NCBI GenBank assembly: GCA_051362555.1
Contig: CM120640.1
Coordinates: 7,874,001-7,938,000, forward strand
Source of the DNA: Lingula anatina
Lineage: Eukaryota > Animalia > Brachiopoda
Direction: 5' to 3'
Length of the DNA: 64,000 nucleotides
A program made the translations under genes and the position numbers. The notes under the pieces are model-generated. The model was not told the DNA's origin. It worked only from the letters and a program-made list of their open reading frames with translations, and searched no databases. Below are positions 11,601-23,623 of this stretch, in pieces. How positions within the stretch are numbered: the stretch's first letter is position 1; every line of letters starts with the position of its first letter.

Positions 11601-13745
11601 GTTTTTGACATGGCCCTAGGCGATATATTTTAAGTTCCAATCATTTTTTACCTAACCTTTGGCAACATTTGGTATGCTGATGCTGGAATTAATCTGTTTT
11701 TATTTCCATAATTTTTTAAGTCAAGAAAGTGGCAGGGCTCCATTATATTCCCACAGAAAAATACTTTTTGACTTGAGAGCTTTGTTATTCATTAATTTTT
11801 TTATTTTGGAACAAAGCCAAGAAGGCCAAAGTATAAAAAATAATTTTCTATCAAGAACATACTGTCTGTTCTATGATTATTCCAGTATTTAGCTCCTAGT
11901 AAAGATACCTCAACATCATTGTCAGAAGACAGGCATTGTTCAAACATTGCAAATGGTGTCTTTGGATTTCACCACCTAATATTTGTACTAAATGTCAGAA
12001 AAGGGATTAAGGGTTTCGTGTTTGGGATTGATATGATACTTCTATTGATTGTGGCAGGTGCTGTGGCATTATATTTTCCTATTTTTGGTTCTCTTCACAG
12101 AAATAAAACATTTTTTCTCTTTTGTTTAAATGAAAGTTATTTTTTTATTTCCCCACATAAACCACTTGACTCCTTTCAAATTTGTCTCCCATTATTACTA
12201 TTCAAAAAACATTAGTATATTTTTTGGTGAATGGGGATGGAGTTTTTCCTGTTTCATGTACTTGCTTGTAATTGATAAAAAATAGTTAAATCAGGTTGAT
12301 GAATATTTTAATCCTTTCAGACGGATCCTTCCCTCATCAATGACATAAGAGACGACATTCGCACAGAGGCTTCCAAGTATGGAGAAGTGAGGAAAGTGAT
12401 AGTTTATGATGTAAGTGTGTGAATTGATGAAATATTTAGTATATTTTACTGTTGTGAGAGCACCTTGAGTTTGTATCTGTTGTTTGTGTATTTGGACACA
12501 ATTAAAATATTCATTTCCTATGTAAGGCATTCCTTTATAAACTTCTAAATGCACTTGACAGTTTTATGCACTACACAATTTAAAATTCCTAAAATACAAT
12601 ACTATGCATCATACAGTAGTAAAAATTATTACTTTAAATTTTTCTTTAAAACGGACTAGAATATAGAAATGAAATCCAAAAAACACTAAATTAGGTCTGG
12701 TTTATCTAACATACAGTGGTAGGCATAAATGTAGCATTGTTCCTGAAACCTAGTAATTTACAGAGGATATGTATGTGTAATAATTATATAGTTCATTAGT
12801 AATATGCATTCCAGTCATGTTATGGCAAAGAAGGCAGTCACCGTGGAGTATTTATTGTATTTCTATAAAATGCCAGAGAACTGAAGTGTAACTCTGGCTG
12901 GCTGATATCAAATGCTTGTCTAACATATAGGAAATGTTTGTGTAGAATTCCAAGCAAATGAACTGCATAGCGATTATTTAATGCAGTATGTACCCTGGGT
13001 GTATAAATAAGCTTAGGCCAACCCAGGTTATATGTGTCCAGAAGGTTGCAGACAGTAGATGGAGTTAGTCTAAAGAGAACTTTGAGGAGTTTAGTAGAAA
13101 AGAGGATCATGGAGAATAGCTATGGCGACTTTCGAAGCCATGGTCTAAAGTGTGGTAGTGGTTCTATTTGTATTTTTTGAAAGGGAGGGAAATTCTTTTT
13201 CTGCATGGTTAGTCATTTGCTTGATGATTTTGTATTCAAAATTTGAAATAGTATAGACCTTTTTGTGTGGAAAAATGTTGTTTTTATATACCTTTCCTAT
13301 CTAGAACTGGTAGAATTATTCCACAATATACCAGTAAATGCTGGCCATGACAGCCAAATTGTAATTCTTATTGTGAGATACAAGTTGTATATTTATACTT
13401 AGATTATTACACACTTGTACATAAATTGTTTATTATTTATTTATTTATTTCGTTAACCGTTAAGGATTCCATTTTTAGAGAAATCCTGAGGGAGTTGCCA
13501 CTGTGGCTTTCCATGCCCCAGAACATGCTGACCTCTGTGTTGAAGCCTTCAATGGACGCTGGTTTGCCAAACGCCAACTTGTGGCTGAAACTTGGGATGG
13601 AAAGACAAAGTACGAAGTGAAAGAAACAGCAGCAGAGCGAGAGGCCAGGTTGAAAAAATGGGAAAATTTCTTGGATGGTGGAAATCAGGAGAACAAAGAC
13701 AAAGAATCTGCTGCGTCGGGGGACCAGACATCAGGAAAGGGTGAG
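8651..13745 (+). CDS. HTATSF1: HIV Tat-specific factor 1 homolog (Tat-SF1/Cus2; U2 snRNP-associated RRM + UHM protein), core coding exons
   Basis: Exons 8651-8809, 9169-9796, 9996-10198, 10587-10753, 10968-11064, 12321-12410, 13479-13745, all GT-AG and in phase. Diagnostic motifs: DKDGTVFEWDEDKKAWFPKIDDDFLAQYQMNYG; RRM1 NTNVYVSGLP..MSKCGMI..KIKLYR..LKGDGRCCYIKVESVDLAL; ERAQFQLKGDYDPSKK; MFDWRPD; UHM VVIKHMFDP..NGRWFAKR..AETWDGKT; ERxARLKKWENFL. The stop codon is probably in a downstream exon. Confidence 0.93.
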
Positions 13746-14950
13746 GTAGGTGTAGATTTCTTATTTACTGAAATAATACAACAATATTATATAGCAGCAC
13801 CAAATTGGTGCTCCCTGCAAAAATCCAGATGAAAATTAAATCACTGTTACATTGTGTAAGCACATTACAATTCAATGATATCACCTTGTTGTTCTGGGAA
13901 TAGTGTTACAGTTTTCACTCCCAATTCAGAGGGTGTGTCTTCTGATCTAGATAAGGATCATAAGTTAGATTGCACTGTGGAAGTGTGTAAAACTTTGATT
14001 GTGTCTACCCTGCCTACTTTCAAGTGGGGAGATTTGAGCACTCATTTAAAGTAGGGCTTTTTGCCCTGTTTTAATGGAATTATATCCAAAGTTTAACAGG
14101 GATGGAGAAGAGGTGGCCAAGTGCACACAAATAACAGCTGACAAGAAAGGAAATCTGATGAAAATTAAAATCTTGAATATCATGGCAATCAATCAAGTCC
14201 AGATTTCTTGAAATGAGATTGGTTTTCTGATAGGTTCCATATGTAGAGGGTAAACAAGACAGCTGACAGGTGGGATGTAGTGGGTTACTTCAATATTAAG
14301 AGGTTTAATGTCACAGGAAATGCATGTGAATATATACTATATTATTGACTGAGGGCGAATGAACAACATTTGCCGGAGAGACTGGGTTCTGATCCCCTTG
14401 TTCAATTCCTACTAAAAAAATCCAGACTCCTGTGTGGGATACCCCTAGCAGTTATAGTTTACCTTAAAACAATATTAATGAAGCATAAGTAACCACTAGA
14501 AGGTATTCTCCTTACTGTTAGGGTATATCACTGACTGATCTGATATTTTATTGGGCACAAGTAATAAATATGAAATAAGATGAGCTCAGGGCAATTTTAC
14601 TATAAATAAAGCCCAGGCATGGACAAGTGCTTGGTTTTATTTAATTTTGCTTGTTTACCATTTTTGAAAGGGAAGGGGGGAGGAGGTGGTCCACGATGCC
14701 CCTACTTCCAGATCCATCTATCATTGTGTATTTGAAGAAATATGAGTTACAGAATGTAAAGAAGAAATAATTAATGTGTGTATAAACTATGTGAATTAAC
14801 TGAACAGTCTCCTAGATTTGATCTTGTGTCCATCCTAACACCTGCTGGACACTGCTACGGCCAGTCACTTCTGGACAAGCACCTGTTTAAAAGCTGTGCA
14901 CTAGCTGACCATGCTGATCACATATTGAAATGTTGCTGTCTGGTCTTGCT

Positions 14951-15053
14951 CTGACCAGTCTAGCTATACAATGACCAGTCTGGCTGGATACTGATCCTTC
15001 TGACTGGATACTGACGAGTCTGGCTAGATACTGGCCAGTCTAGCTGGATACTG
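14951..15053. repeat. Minisatellite, five copies of a 20-bp unit (ctgaccagtctggctggata)
   Basis: Units start at 14951, 14971, 14991, 15011 and 15031. Confidence 0.85.
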
Positions 15054-15119
15054 TATGTTTATCACTGATTGTTTGGGTTTATATGTTTCAGTTAACAAAA
15101 CATAATTAATTTTCTTATT

Positions 15120-15501
15120 TTTATTACCACCGGTAAGGAGGTTATGTTTTTGGTTCCGTTAGTTTGTCTGTCTGTCTATCTGTCCGTCTGTCTGTCTGTT
15201 AGCAACATTACAGAAAAAGTTATGGACCGATTTTGATGAAATTGTCAGGAACTGTCAGAAGTGGACCAAGGAATAGATGATTAGTTTTTGGTGGTGATCA
15301 GGATCAATAATCAAGCAATAATCAAAAAACTAAGTTATGGACCAATTTTGGTGAAATTTTCAGAAGTGGGCCAAGAAACAGATGATTAGCTTTTGGTGGT
15401 GATCAGGATCAATAATCAAACAATAATAAAAAAACTAAATCATTATAGAATGAAAATTTAGGGGTGAAACGGCATTGGGTGGAGACTTTGCTGCCTTGTT
15501 T
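15120..15501 (+). mobile_element. Non-autonomous Helentron/HINE (DINE-1-like) element
   Basis: Starts after a T-run with ttattaccaccggtaaggaggttatgtttt, then a (TCTG)n microsatellite, two tandem core copies (agttatggacc(g/a)atttt...gatcaggatcaataatcaa) and a terminus ctttgctgccttgttt shared with the element at 41883-44755. Confidence 0.7.
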
Positions 15502-16942
15502 CTTTTGGTTTCCTATTGTGTTTTGTAAATCAAGGCTCTTAACACATTATACTTACACAGTGTTGGTATATATATAACTTTGAGTTACACAGGGATGGAT
15601 TAATAACATTTGTGAAACATAGAGCATGTTAATTGTGCTAAAAGGTAACACATATATTCAAGTAGGTCTATTTAAATCTTAAAAGTAACGAAAAGGTCTT
15701 GTACATTAACAAAGGTTTAGATGTGGAATTAACACAACACATTATATGCCAAGTAACATATTTATTAACTTTAAATGGTGTGAGAATAATTTAATATGAG
15801 CTATATTGTGGTCAATCCACATAACATGACATTAAATGTCAAATGTTGGCTGTTGCACTGCAAAATTGGACTCAGCCAGTAGCAATACTATTTTTAAGGG
15901 AAGTCACTCTAATTGAATAGACAAAGAGAACTAATGGAAGTGAATCAGATGAAGAATAATATTTTATACAGCTGTGAAAAAGAAAGAATTAAAAAACTCC
16001 AAAAAATATCTGTCAGAACAGAACTAATCCTGTGTGCAAACTCAATCTGACAGCAACTGCCGATGAGGGCTATGGGCAAGTCACAGCCAGCTGCTGTTTT
16101 AATTCAACAAACAATAATCCGAAGTCACTCTTACACTCTTCTCAAGCCTGTCAAGTAACACTTGAATAGCTCCACACTCCGCTGGTCCTGTGACTCAGAC
16201 CTCAGAGGGGTCTGTTAGGAGGAGAGGGGAGGGGGTGAGGTTAGAGAAATTTGGCTGTTCTATGGTTCTGTGACCCATAATTTCCAGGGTTCTGTTGGGT
16301 GGTTGGTGGGGGTGGCTGGGAGTTACTGCCATTATAGGGTGCTGTAACTGAGGCATTTTTTGGGGTGCACAAGCTGAGAGGGTGATTGCACAGCTTACCA
16401 TTCTCCTGTGCCTCAAAACAAATGGAAAATGTGTAAATATATATAAAAATATTAATTTTTATTCAAAATTTTTTTTATTTATCATAGCAGAGTTGTGTCA
16501 AGGGAAACATTGTGCATGGTAGCTTTTAGTCGGGCAAAGGATGTCTCTTACAATTAGTACATGTGATGAATGTTTTAAAAAAGTTTTCTTCTCATTCAAT
16601 TCAACTGATTAAGTAGGCTGTTTTGGTTTTGTTGAGTGCCCATGTAACATTGAACTGTGACGTTTCTCTTCTCATGATGGCTAAGAGAGTACAATCAAGT
16701 ATTATGTGTGGATTTTTTTGTTTTGGCTTTCCCATGTAATCTGGTGTCAGAGGGCTGCATGAGGACAACTGTGGGGAAATATAATTGGAACTTTGGCAGA
16801 TTGAAGTAAGAGACAAATTGATCTGTCTGTTCCAATTGATTTGTAGTTTTTGGGAACAAGTTCTTTCTGAAATAAAAAGGGCAAAGTGGAAGCTATTTTT
16901 AAATAAGACAGTCACTAAATTGTTTTTGTAAAAGCATTTTAT

Positions 16943-17634
16943 AACCCCATTCACACGAGACACTTTCAATCGCGATTAGTGCCAAATCGCGATTCTATCG
17001 ATGTAAAGCTTCTAGTGTGAACGCAGTAGAGACGTCAAATCGCGATTCAAATTAATCCTACTCGAGAGGTGGATTCTATCGATGTAAACTTAAATCGCGA
17101 TATAAAATTTCCTAGTGAGAACGGGATCGATGTTAGCACCGGAAGTTGAGGACTTAAGAGGCGTGCACAGTTTCTATCGAAAGTACAATATAATACAATA
17201 CAATAAATTTTATTTCATGTCGGGTATAAATTGAAACGAAACATTAGCTAAATACAGCTATTCGCCGACTGGAAAGTGAAAGAAAACAAACTGTCCACGC
17301 AATTTCAAGTTTCTTCGCAGTCAGCAAAATGGCCAAGAGGACGTTCTGATCTGAAAACTCAGTGGCAGCATAACTAAATATTTGGGCTGATGAAAGTATT
17401 AAATGGAAAATAACAACGTACAAACCGAAAGCATGGTCTTGAAGGCAGCTACTGCGCATGATCAACAGGATATACCGTGACTCCCCTAGCGAGCGCAGTT
17501 GCAATTACCAGATCTAGCTAGGTAAATCGCGATTTCGTTTTTACATGTGTGAACGCAAAAAAGTGAATTTAGCTAAGCGCGTTAGAATCGCGATTCCCTT
17601 AATCTCGATTAACCATGTAGGTGTGAATGGGGCT
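16943..17634. mobile_element. MITE, PIF/Harbinger-like non-autonomous DNA transposon
   Basis: Terminal inverted repeats aaccccattcacac ... gtgtgaatggggct, flanked on both sides by tat (3-bp TSD). Multiple subterminal aatcgcgatt palindromes. CpG-rich within a CpG-poor intron. The superfamily is inferred from TIR style and TSD length. Confidence 0.75.
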
Positions 17635-18381
17635 TATGTCTGATTGTACCAAATTGTGAAGCACTGGAGGCTTTTTTTATACAGGGGTTCATTTTAGGAA
17701 CAAACATTATGGACTGAAAGTTGCTTATTATCTGGTTAACTGTTAGCTGAACCCAACCAGCAGTTATGATATACTGGCTTTTGTATATGTGACAGAAATT
17801 ACAAGACTATAGATAGAACTATTAATGGTCATATATTATATAATTAGGTGCTACAGGTTGGTAAAAATGGATGGAACTATATGGTTCTTTCAGGAGCATT
17901 TTATGTTGCTGTGGTATTCTCATATTTCTCTTTGGTATCTATACTTGTATGGCAAGCAGCCAGGGTATTTTGTCTGCTCAACAAACATAAAATACCTCAC
18001 TAATCATGAAAATGGCTGAAGCGTTCTTTACTTCAGGACATGGAAGAATATGAAAGATTGTTGTAAGATGATATATTTCTTTATGTTACATTTGAACACA
18101 GTGCACCATGTACAGTATATGTGCTGCAGGTGTGAGAAAGGTGAGGTTTGGTTACGTGGTATTTACTCCACTTCAAACTAAACTTATCAGTTATGTGTGA
18201 GTCTCTCAAATTGGTGTGTTTTCAATAATATATGAAAAAGAAGGCTTGAAAATTATGAAAACTTAAGGTGATTTCATATTATGATGTATGATTTTATTAC
18301 CAACTTAAAAATGAGTTGGTATAAATGAGCTGTTTCTGCTGTTTGAAATGTTTGAGTGAATACTATGTAGAGTGAATGCCT

Positions 18382-18396
18382 CCACCAGAGGGCAGC
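18382..18396 (+). promoter_or_regulatory. CTCF-like binding motif
   Basis: ccaccagagggcagc closely matches the CTCF core CCASYAGRKGGCRS; it lies in AT-rich intronic DNA. Confidence 0.5.
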
Positions 18397-19640
18397 TAGC
18401 CTCTGCCAGGACAGGCTTCAGATGCCTGGACGGCTCGTTCCCCATCTGTGTAATTTAAGATGCCTGAAAGAAACAAAATACTACCAACTATCTTATGATG
18501 TGACAAATCATAAAATGGTTGTAGTTTCAATAGTGAAGGCTAGACTGAAGTGGTTTAAGAACATTTGATCTGATGAACCATGGAAATTTTGTTCTTTTTG
18601 CAAAATATTCTTGACTTCTCAGGGATGAAATGATATTAATTAATAATGATTCAGATTTATTTTTTGCAAGTATTAAAACTCATTAAAACACAATTGATAG
18701 AAGATGTGACAAAATTTTTGAAAATCATTTTATGGGTTTAGTGTAAGAGCTCTGCTTAAATTGGAGGTGGATGTCGTAAGTTTCTGAAAGTTGGACATTG
18801 GAAGAGGGGCTGTCTGCATAAAACAACATTTATATGTTAATTTCACTTTGAACTGCCTCTGTAATCTAATTTATAGTGATTGAAATTTAACGATGTGTCC
18901 AATTGGTGACCTTAAAATGAAATTTTAAAAAAATTGTAGATCAATTAAGTCTTTTGTGGAAGCACATGTTCTGTTTATTTGGTAAGATTGTTCATCATGT
19001 GAGCAGGCTCACTTTTCTGCCTTGACTAACTAATGGAAAATGAGAAGAATTTACTCCCTAGAGTCTGATCAGGTATTTTCTATCATTGCTTTGTCCAATA
19101 TAAGTTTAGTGTAAGATTGATGTGCAGCAATTGGATGTACAACCAAACGAAGGATTTCCTGAACAACTGCTACAATTATGTTTTTTTCCCATTCTGTAGA
19201 TAATAGCAAAAAAGGACACATGGTGGGAGTTATTTTTGCTCGAAAAAATGAGAAAATAGATGCACTGGGCTTTAAGATGTTGACAGCATTAATTGAAAAC
19301 CTATTGAAGACCCCAGTTGGCCAGCCAGAGATCTGTGTCTGGGGGAAATGAGAGAAAGAACAATTGAAAGGAAAAACATCCATCTATTAATAGGAACTCT
19401 GGCTTTTGTCAGTACATTTGACAAGAGTAACGAACGTATTTTTATTTCTATATGTCATGTTAAACTGCATCTGCTGAAAGATGTTTTTTTTTTTTTTTGT
19501 GATTGTTTTGTAATTTATAGTAGTCAAACCTACACGCTAAAACAACTATAAATGTGCACTTATAGCACAGATAAAAAATGGAGTTAGGTATGAATTATTG
19601 GGGTCTTGATTATATAATTTTTATGAATAAAAGTAATAAG

Positions 19641-19772
19641 AATAGATATGAAATCATGTATGAATAGTATCTTGAAATAAAATGATTTCTGTTGCACCTA
19701 ATAAAAAAATAATAATAGAAATGAAATCGTATATGAATAGGATCTTGAAATAAAATAATTTCTATTGCACCT
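19641..19772. repeat. Direct tandem duplication of about 73 bp
   Basis: aataga(t/a)atgaaatc...tgaatag(t/g)atcttgaaataaaat(g/a)atttct(g/a)ttgcacct occurs twice, starting near 19641 and 19714. Confidence 0.8.
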
Positions 19773-21427
19773 GGTAACTGGGTAGTAAATAATTGTGAGT
19801 GATTGAGGCCAACATTAAGGGAGTTATTTCTTTATGTTTCATAGAGGTAATTACTTGCCTCAATTAAGGTTGATGTACTGTTTATGTGTTCAGTGTTGAT
19901 CTTTGTGTGCATAGAAAAGTTCCCAACATTTATTTCTCCGCCTTGGTATGTGGCAAGTTATTTTGTGAACCCAAGCAAAATTCTGTGGCTCTCGGGATAT
20001 GTCTACCTGGGGCACCCATTACCAATGAATGTACACTTATACTCCTGTACATCTCTGTGATGTTTGCAGGTACTCTGTTGTACTTATTGCTGATACACAA
20101 TGATTGTTATGTACATAATTACTGGCTTCATTTAATGGGAATTTACTTAATGGTATTCATATGGAGATTAAAAAGTAAGACTTTTGGCATAAGTTTTTGG
20201 ATGTTATACGAATGAAAAGCCCTGAAATTTTATTTTTGCAAATTGAGGTTACAAATGTGTTTTGTCCCTTGAAGGGGAAATAAAAAAATGTCCACGCACC
20301 CCTTGACCTTGATTAGCGAATAAGCCAAAGTAAATTAAGTACCCTGAGCAATTGCTGTGTAAGTTGCTTTCCCAGATACATAGAAGTGTCACTTTTCCAC
20401 TAAGTTGTTGACAAGACTTTGATGCCGTCAATCACTCTGTTAATCTGAGTGCTCAAGTTGCTCCCACTTGACAGAAATGGAAACCAGCAGATATGAGGTG
20501 TAAAGCCGTCAACAGCAATGGCAATGAGCAGATACTTAGTGTAAAGCAGTTAGCCGTGTAATTGTGGGCTCTAAGGTCCAGCATATTTGTCACAGGTCAG
20601 AGAGAAAAAGACATTATGACACTGTGACAGGCAATGACAGGCGTGGCAGTGAAAATATGTAGGAAAATGATGCCATCAGGGTGTAATCAGGCGGATACAT
20701 TCTGCAGGAAGTAATCAAGAGGGGTGTAAAACTTTCTCTTCTCTCATATCTTCTGTAGTGGGTAAAGTGTTAAACCCTGTTGACTAAAACAGGCTTGCTG
20801 TCAATGAATGAAGATTTCAATTAAGTGCATTTTCACTTTTTCTGAAAATCTTAATTATTTATAAAAGATAATGTTGGCATTAGATGTTGACAAGTACTCT
20901 GACAATTTCTGTGCATGTGGTTACAGCCTGATGAAATAGAATGAGTGTAATTAGATGAAAAATGTTAGTTTACCTGTTGAAATGAGTGGATTTTTCTGTG
21001 TGTGTGCTTCTCTATAAATGTGAAATTTCAGTAGTGGACAGAGAGCACAATTGAGATCCTTGTGTGTTAGTTGTCAAACTTTCAATTTGTTTGCAAAGCC
21101 ACTATTTGCCAACAGATTATAAACAACTTGATACAGTTTAAACTTCTAGTGCACCTATTCAACATTAGATAAGGTGATTTAGTTCTTCTGGATAAATGAA
21201 GTGGAAGATTATATTTCTTCTTTCACTGACTTTTTTATTTTTGAGAGCATTAGGAATTTATTAAATTTTAAAGCCCATATTGAAGGCCATTCTTGAAATA
21301 AATATTCATCCACATTAACCAAGTTGAGTGGTCTATTTTTCTTTCCACAGGAAAATTTTACAAGCAATTTTCTTTAACAGTTTTAAATGTCCTACCACAT
21401 CAGAATAAAATATCCATTTTGTTGCAG

Positions 21428-21520
21428 ACGACAGCGATAGCAGCAGAGACAGGAAGTGGCGCTGGGGAGGCAGGCAGTGGTGTGAGTGAGGTGAGCAGCA
21501 GACAACTCGGTGAACAGTAG
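21428..21520 (+). CDS. HTATSF1: Putative small 3' exon of HTATSF1
   Basis: GC-rich island after the acceptor ccatttttgttgcag. In phase 0 it reads TTAIAAETGSGAGEAGSGVSEVSSRQLGEQ*. It contains an in-phase donor GAG|gtgagc at 21490/21491. Confidence 0.5.
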   Translation, partial: TTAIAAETGSGAGEAGSGVSEVSSRQLGEQ

Positions 21521-23456
21521 CATGTTTTCCCAGCTGCTTTGCTTGACTGCTTTTTAGGAAATGAACTTCCTGTCCGACTAAGTATATTCTCAGTGGACAA
21601 TCCTAAAACTTGCCCCTAAAAACTGTTTCTTTCTGAAAACATAGTATTAGCTTGGTACTGTGTATGGCATTTTGAATTTTATTATTATAACATTGTAGAG
21701 ACTGATTGTTTTTATTTAAAGACAATATTTTATCTTACAAAGTAACATGAAGTTATGTAAACCCACTTCTGTCATTTAAACAAATCTTCATATTCTTCAA
21801 AGCAACGGAAGTTTCAGAACCCTGATCAGTATTTGCAACCCTACTCGATCTTCATACCCACAAACTGCCCGTCTAAAAAATCACACATACGTTAGTGCAC
21901 ATATTTTTGGACCCATAATCAGTTCATCCTTTTACTAATTATTGAATGTGTGTCTTTAACATTTTGTATTTATTTTTGTTTATATAGAGTGAAAATAGCC
22001 TGCTTTTAGACAGGACGTGGCATTTACTTGTACAGTAGTGTGTAGGTTATTTATGTTTGCAGTGAAAGTTATGTCAATTCTGAATAGATGTTGCATTTTT
22101 TTAATGAGGTTATAGGTAAATAGTAACTAAAAATGAAATCAAAGGGAAAAAAATAAAATTAGAAATTAAATTTGAAGCCTAGTAGAAATTAATGAAATGG
22201 ATTTATTCCTTGATGTTAAGCTGTATCCTTTTCAGTTGCTCTCTCTGAGTTCATGGTTTTTAAATCATAATAATTCACAGCCTGCTGATGTCTGTTGGTG
22301 TATGCTATGCTCTTTTCAACAGCTACAACTATTAACATTTCTGTCTGCAGGCTCAGACAGATTGCTGTCATCTGGCTCATCTAATCTTCTTTATCAAAAG
22401 AAAAAAGGCTTGAGAGGGAAATGATTGTTTGATGTGAAATAAATGGAAAAGGATTCTTGGGGTCTATGCAGTTTCCATTTCCTAGCGTATGGCTTTTAAA
22501 TAGGTCTTGTAGTGGTGTTTTGTTGAAGTTTACAACTTTGACCAGCAATAAAGCAAGGTAGTTTTATTTAAAAGCATAAACGTTATTATCTTACATTGGC
22601 AGTACATCCTAAAGCAGTCGTATACAAATTCTGGAGGTTTAAAATAAACTGTTCAGTACACTAAATTTTTTTTTAAGTTCTGAATAATTCTATAAACATT
22701 TTTCAGATTACGCAATTTTAAGAAAACTCCATAGCAGAAGTTGACTAGCAGTTTTATTTAAAATATTTCATGTGCTGTTTTACCAAGTAGAATTAACTGA
22801 TATCTAGCAAATTTGGATAACCTGAGTGTGAAAATTCTAACCTTTTTTCTGTGAGGAATGAAGGTTGCTGTAACTGCATTTTGTTTAAAGGATTCTGTCA
22901 CCCTGTAAACTCCTCAGGTGTACCTGTAGTCATTAAAAACAAGTGGTTTGTAACATCCAGTCTGCCAGGGAAGAGAGATCAATTTATATCATCTCCCTCT
23001 TACCTCGTACAGCAGTGCACAGTTGCCGTCTGTCAGTCTTTCAAGATTGCGGCTAGAGAGACTGAGAGTGAAGTTCAAAACATCAAGCTGGAAGCTAATC
23101 TTTATTTCGGGAGAAAATTAACCCCTGGTCCAGGGAAACTGCCAGAGGTCATGATGTTATCATTGGTGACTGAAGATTGCAGACTAGATATTGTTTTTTT
23201 GATGACCAAGAACATATTAGATTGTAAAAGCTTCTGCAATACCAGATAGGATTGTTTGAAGGTTAAATTGGCTTAAGATATTTATTTATTTATTTTAAAA
23301 ATATGCTGAGTGAACATTTTGTTTTGAAATTTATTAATTTGTGTTACAGATATTCACCAACACCTGATTATATCAAATAAAGATTAACAAGTCCTTAATT
23401 ATTAAGTTTAACATATTTCAAAAATTTGTAGGTATGGGTATGACATGTTGTTCACA

Positions 23457-23623
23457 GACGGGCAGATTTAGGCCGTCTTCTGGGTCTTTTGGAAGCCGGT
23501 TAGATTTTCAAGTTTACATTGATGGGTATTTATTTTTTCTGTCGTAAGACGATCAAAAATGAAGAATGGATCAAGAAAGATAATTTGGAAGACTGTCAGA
23601 AAATATCTCCGAATCTGCCCCTT
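23457..23623 (+). mobile_element. MITE of about 168 bp, degenerate copy of the family at 48064 and 53353
   Basis: gggcagatttaggccgtcttctgggtc...ggaagactgtcagaaaatatctccgaatctgcccct; flanks tcaca/acaca resemble a decayed 5-bp TSD. Confidence 0.8.

Noticed and set aside
14951-15053. 20-bp periodic repeat considered as a binding-site array or CRISPR-like unit
   Set aside because: Head-to-tail degenerate minisatellite without spacers; no evidence of function.
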